Below are positions 46,852 through 51,914 of a DNA stretch of 51,914 nt, piece by piece. The notes under the pieces are model-generated. The model was given only the letters and a program-made list of their open reading frames with translations. It did not search any database and had not been told where the DNA came from. The stretch comes from Octopus bimaculoides (taxonomy: Eukaryota): positions 48,674,022 through 48,725,935 of the forward strand of contig NC_068997.1 in assembly GCF_001194135.2 (NCBI RefSeq). The letters run 5' to 3'. The number at the start of each line of letters is the position of its first letter. The stretch's first letter is position 1. The position numbers were made by a program, and so were the translations under genes.

Positions 46852-47399
46852 GTTGAACAGGTAAAATCAGTCTCTCGGACAGAAAACATGTCTCACTATC
46901 TCTCCAGTACCACACAACGAATGCTGCAAGTACCTTAGCATGGATGAAAATATATCATACCGAAGTACTGTAAATAAAGATAAAGTGATCCAAGAATATT
47001 ATCCCAGACGAAGGAAGATATGGCAGTCTGAACTCTCCTCTTACAACACGACAATATCTCAAAATGCAGTTCAAAAATGCAGTGAAGGTGCTGGTCCCAG
47101 CATTTGGGATAATTGCTGGTCAGTAGAAGAAATCCACTTCATAGGCATTAAAACCCCCAAGATTCTAACATCAATTGGCAATCTCTACCAAAATAGTGAT
47201 ATCGACCGGCTCTACCTAAGAGAAGATAGAATAGGTAAGGGGCTTGTGATCAGTGCAGACAACCTTCGAATGTCGCATAGTCAGTCTCTCTCAGATATCA
47301 CTAGCTAACAACAGCAGCAAAAAAATATACACATTAACTTAGTGCTGAAAAGTGAAGAAAACTATTTTGTACGTATTGGAGGTGAGCTTCTCGGGTGAT

Positions 47400-47655
47400 A
47401 TCTTTCCTGATGACTTCATATGCAACCCCAAATCAGCCATCCTTGAACTTCTCGGCATTAAGACCTGAAATGTAAGATTTTCTCAACCATGATGGTGCAG
47501 GCTCATATCATTCTATGTTGAATGCATTCATATGGCCGCAGTTTGTCAAGGACTAAATCTACCCACATTATCATGGATCACCAAGCACCCATAAACAGCT
47601 GTTGGACTTATGATACCTTTCTTTAACCGCTTTAAATTTCTCTATCGTTTGTGCT
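47400..47655 (-). mobile_element. Probable RTE-like LINE remnant
   Basis: Reverse strand PTAVYGC, reminiscent of the RT C-terminal 'P.L.YG.E' motif; heavily decayed. Confidence 0.4.
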
Positions 47656-48706
47656 CTGTATAAGATGGACCCATATATATATANNNNNNNNNNNNNNNNN
47701 NNNNNNNNNNNNNNNNNNNNNNNNNNNNNNNNNNNNNNNNNNNNNNNNNNNNNNNNNNNNNNNNNNNNNNNNNNNNNNNNNNNNNNNNNNNNNNNNNNNN
47801 NNNNNNNNNNNNNNNNNNNNNNNNNNNNNNNNNNNNNNNNNNNNNNNNNNNNNNNNNNNNNNNNNNNNNNNNNNNNNNNNNNNNNNNNNNNNNNNNNNNN
47901 NNNNNNNNNNNNNNNNNNNNNNNNNNNNNNNNNNNNNNNNNNNNNNNNNNNNNNNNNNNNNNNNNNNNNNNNNNNNNATATATGTGTGTGTGTAGATTCG
48001 TACACGCAGAAATCAAACGAAAATTACTCAGAATTTAGACAACTGAGTACTGCTGGTGGCATATAGCTTCGGAGAAAACATGAATGCAGTGTACTGAACA
48101 AAATACCAAATAAATTCTTGTTTATTTGAGATTATCTCTGCTTCAAAATTGTGTTGATCAATCGCCTTGTGCCATTTTTGGTACCAACTCCAATTGATAA
48201 AAGGAGATAATCTGAAGTATTAAACATTCCCAAAAATTGACATTCCATTAAGAATAAGACAATCTGACTGTGTAGACACGAGATGACGGCTGTGAGCATG
48301 TTTTTCTGCCTCAAATGGCGTCGTCGATACAGCATTTATCTTACCTTATCTCCAACAGAGCAGACATTTATCCAATAGATTTAAATAAAAATTCTTTAAA
48401 GTAAGGTTCTGATTTATATGAAAATATATGATTATTTTATTTAAAAAAAATTTTCTAGCATGGACTTTTGTTATAATATTTAACAATTAAATGTATAAAT
48501 AAATATAAAACGTATATGTATAGCGTATATCAAGTGTATATGATGTCTGTATAAATAGTTTCTTTTTGTAATATTCGTTGAATATTAAACCTATCAACAT
48601 TGCTACATGCATATGTTTATTGCGTATAATTTATTTTGTTTCTTCTTTTGCTTTCGTTGCTTTTGCAAGGTAAGCAGGTGTAACGGAAAAAGTGCTGTCG
48701 TAACTT

Positions 48707-48790
48707 TTATGGTCTTTCATTTATTCTCTTCGGTAAAATTGGTGGCACTATATTATCTAGATACGAGCTTATCTTTTGTCTGTTGATGAG
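48707..48790 (-). CDS. Probable terminal exon of the upstream gene (LINRQKISSYLDNIVPPILPKRINERP*)
   Basis: ttttccttatttgcag|CTC; phase 0 matches; TAA at 48707-48709; minus-strand AATAAA at ~48616-48621. Confidence 0.55.
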   Translation of the reverse strand, partial: LINRQKISSYLDNIVPPILPKRINERP

Positions 48791-49420
48791 CTGCAAATAA
48801 GGAAAAATGCATAATTATCCCACATGGTTAATATAAATTGTTTATGTAAACTAAATACAAAATTTATGCACGTATATTAAAGAAGAATGGCTCGACGATT
48901 TTGATATCATACGATTATTGCTATTCCATTTCGTTTATTTTTACATGATGTTTGATATCCTTCAATAATGTATTATAATTTCTCTCGTTATTTTGATTGT
49001 TTTACCCGAAATTTTTCTCCATTGTGGTTAGAGGTTTTCAAAACTATAAATGATAACCATTGGACAAATTTGCGTTATCTCTCTTAAGCACTTTTTTTGG
49101 GGAAATTTCAACATTTGCCTCCCAAACATTTAGAGACAAACCTATCACTTATTGACAAAATATTTCTGTCAGCTCATCTCCGTTGTGGCAACCGTAAGTC
49201 ATCCGGTATTCATGAGAATCGGTTTCTTAGTAGACTCCTTAGAAGATGTCCATGTTAGCACAACCACACACTATACTGTGGAGTGTACAACATTATGGAT
49301 AGAGGATTGAATCATACTCTCTCTCCCTCTTTCTGTCTGTCTGTTTATCTCTCTCTCTAAATATCAATATATATACATACATACATACATACATATATAT
49401 ACATACATACATATACATAC

Positions 49421-49453
<33 letters not shown>

Positions 49454-49639
49454 CATACATACATATATATATACATACATACATACATGCATACATACAT
49501 ACATGCATACATACATACATGTATACATACATATATATATATATAATATAAAATGAAGAGGAGGGAGAAGAGGAGAAAATAGGAGTGGAGGAGGCGGCTG
49601 AAGAAAACACGAAACAATATCCAAGAATGCTGTGCTTAC

Positions 49640-49684
49640 TTTTTGGTGATTACTTCGTTGATTTCTGATTCTTATTTGTGGAAC
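49640..49684 (-). CDS. Exon of the upstream gene (VPQIRIRNQRSNHQK)
   Basis: ttgttgtttgtttcag|GTT...AAA|gtaagc; 45 nt; only phase 0 is open. Confidence 0.6.
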
Positions 49685-49977
49685 CTGAAACAAACAACAA
49701 ACCAAAGTTATTTGAAAATTGTTTTTTATGATGTAAAAGAAAATGTCTTTTAATTAACAATTTCTTGAATTATTATTGAAAAAGCAAACGGATCGGGCGT
49801 CAGCTTTATCGCAGAAACATTTTATTTGTTCGACCCATACTCTTAATTCCGGGACACTGGGTGTCCAAGAATTATCTATTTTAATGAAATCGGAATTATG
49901 TATTTCAATGAAATCAGGCAAATTTTAAAACAACTGATACATTTTTATACGTATTTTTTTCTTATGAATTGATAAGA

Positions 49978-50302
49978 AGTGGAGGTGCAATGGCCCAGTG
50001 GTTAGGGCAGCGGACTCGCGGTCGTAGGATCGCGGTTTCGATTCCCAGTGTTTATTGAGCAAAAAGCACCGAGGCTCCACGAGCTCCGGCAGAGGGTGGT
50101 AGCGAACCCTGCTGTACTCTTTCACCGCAACTTTCTCTCAGTCTTTCTTCCTGGTTCTGTTGTACCTGTATTTCAAAGGGCCAACCTTGTCACACTGTGT
50201 CACGCTGAATCTCCCCGAGAACTACATTAAGGGTACACGAGCACGCTGTTCCGTTGATCGGATCAACTGGAACTCTTGTCGTCGTAACCGACGGAGAGCC
50301 AC
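49978..50302 (+). mobile_element. SINE family A copy with internal deletions
   Basis: High identity to 45829-46198; A and B boxes present. Confidence 0.85.
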
Positions 50303-50420
50303 TTATAAGATTAGGGTATAATCATTAAAATGATTATATTAGTGGTCTAGCACATCAAAATGGCCGTATAGGTAACATTGATTTTTTTACGTATATAATT
50401 ATAAAAATACAATTATAGTT

Positions 50421-50730
50421 AACAATTGCAGCGTGGAAGGTGTTTATAAGCCATTTAAAATAACACACAAAAACCGTTAGATTCACTTCAACATTTAAAT
50501 TTAATTTGTCAAAATATTTTCGTCGCTTTGAGACCGCGACCTGTTCACTGACAAAATTCTGTGCTGCATTACAGCACAGAGATGCAGCACAGAATTTTGT
50601 CAGTGAACAGGTCGCGGTCTCAAAGCGATGAAAATATTTTGACAAATGAAATTTAAATGTTGAAGTGAGTCTAACGGTTTTTGTGTGTTATTTTAAATGG
50701 CTTATAAGCACCTTCCACGCTGCAATTGTT
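50421..50730. repeat. 310-bp near-perfect palindrome
   Basis: Arms 50421-50569 and 50582-50730, 12-nt loop, few mismatches. Confidence 0.92.
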
Positions 50731-51179
50731 TTCGTTCCAACACACGATCTCAGATCAGGTCACGTGCTATGCAAGTACATCTCCGTAATTATAGTTAAGG
50801 ACTACTGGAAATGACAAGCGCCTATGCTAGAAGTAGATTTCAAATATCTACAATCCACTCTAAAATAAGTTCCCTATATTCAACCCATTGTGATACTAAA
50901 GTAAATAGATTTATAAACCTTACGTCAAAACTTCATCGAAAATTTTCAATATATAATGCGTCTTTATCCCTGCAAATTTAAAATCTACCCTTTGCGTTCC
51001 GTAACACGTTTTGTAGCATTTCAGGTAGTTATCTCCTGAATTGCTAACTGAATCCGTTCTTGAAGTTCAGCTAAACTGTTTCTCTATCCTGGGGCTGGAG
51101 GTAGAGAAAATGATTGCAACCGAATTGTAAAAAAGCTGTCGTGGACATGCATACACACTCATCCATCCAACTATCCAAC

Positions 51180-51400
51180 CCACCTACAGGAGGACGAGTA
51201 GGAGAAAGAGAGGAGGAAATGTAGTAGGAAGGTGGAGAGGGGGAAGTGTAGGAAGGGGAAGATGAGGAAGAGGAGGGAGAAAGGAAAGAAGAGGAGGAGG
51301 AGGAGGAGGCAGGAGAAAAAGAAGAAGAAGAAGAAGAAGAAGAAGAAGAAGAAGAAGAAGAAGAAGAAGAAGAAGAAGAAGGGGAGGAAGTGGAGGATGT
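51180..51400. repeat. Polypurine tract with (GAA)n/(GAG)n
   Basis: Directly visible; source of low-complexity ORFs. Confidence 0.9.
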
Positions 51401-51449
51401 GGTGGTTGAACAAAATACGAATCGAAATATCCGAGGATTCTGTACTTAC

Positions 51450-51503
51450 TCCTCGATAATCAACATATTGTCCTATTTCAGCTCGCCTTCTTGAATAGGA
51501 TAT
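51450..51503 (-). CDS. Exon of an upstream minus-strand gene (ISYSRRRAEIGQYVDYRG)
   Basis: ttcggtttcag|ATA...GGA|gtaagt; 54 nt; only phase 0 is open. Confidence 0.6.
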
Positions 51504-51649
51504 CTGAAACCGAATGATTTGAAAATTTTTTCTGTGTTCTTTATGATGAAAAGGAAAATGTTCTTTAATTAACGATTTCACTAATTGTCTTCATCAGGTG
51601 TCTTGGGGAAATTTCGAACCTGGGTTCTCATTTCTAAGGTATTTTTCGG

Positions 51650-51715
<66 letters not shown>

Positions 51716-51914
51716 TCAGTAGTTTTATTTTTATAACGTGCTTTCACTTCACTACCGAGCGAAGCTCTGTGCGCCTTGGGTATGTGCTGTGGTTTGCTGT
51801 GGTGCTCTTATGTTTACTGTATTGAAAGTGTTTTGCGTAGAATGTGTGCAGTACCCAGTAGTGCAATTTTCTGTATGTTATATATATTTGTAAGTCCTGC
51901 TATTTTTGTTATGT

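Larger units (their letters stand above)
45760..47390 (+). mobile_element. RLE-type LINE RT region, interrupted by a SINE and a 62-bp duplication
   Basis: GKKGVWG, WFDYRKAFDSIPH, GIFQGDRVSLLLF, FFVNDLKIY motifs. Confidence 0.85.

Noticed and set aside
251-51825. Dozens of ORFs rich in YI, MYVC, HT or X runs
   Set aside because: Translations of (TA)n, (CATA)n, (CA)n tracts or N-gaps; no coding signal.

Overview
AT-rich eukaryotic genomic DNA, about 10% N-gaps, dense in microsatellites, tRNA-derived SINEs, decayed LINEs, mariner fragments and foldback elements. The repeat landscape looks cephalopod (Octopus-like; inference). No CRISPR, rRNA or prokaryotic system is visible, and almost all listed ORFs are microsatellite or transposon noise. 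The main content is an intron-rich minus-strand gene that the ORF track largely misses (CDS ~38631 to ~6797). Its first four coding exons splice in frame ([10 protein letters not shown]|[17 protein letters not shown]...VVPEILYP|GQSTIFIIF...EMP|EGLSGRKTF...) and resemble the N-terminal TIR domain plus DBB domain of the BCAP(PIK3AP1)/BANK1/Dof adaptor family, with an acidic YxxM (EEEEEYLHM) site. The C-terminus appears to be built from a chain of 13-69 nt exons, several of their introns holding long hairpins. A second minus-strand gene ends at ~48707 with a similar C-terminal tail, and the same decayed LINE piece lies downstream of both genes, suggesting a tandem duplication. Exon coordinates were read by hand from splice signals; repeat boundaries are approximate.
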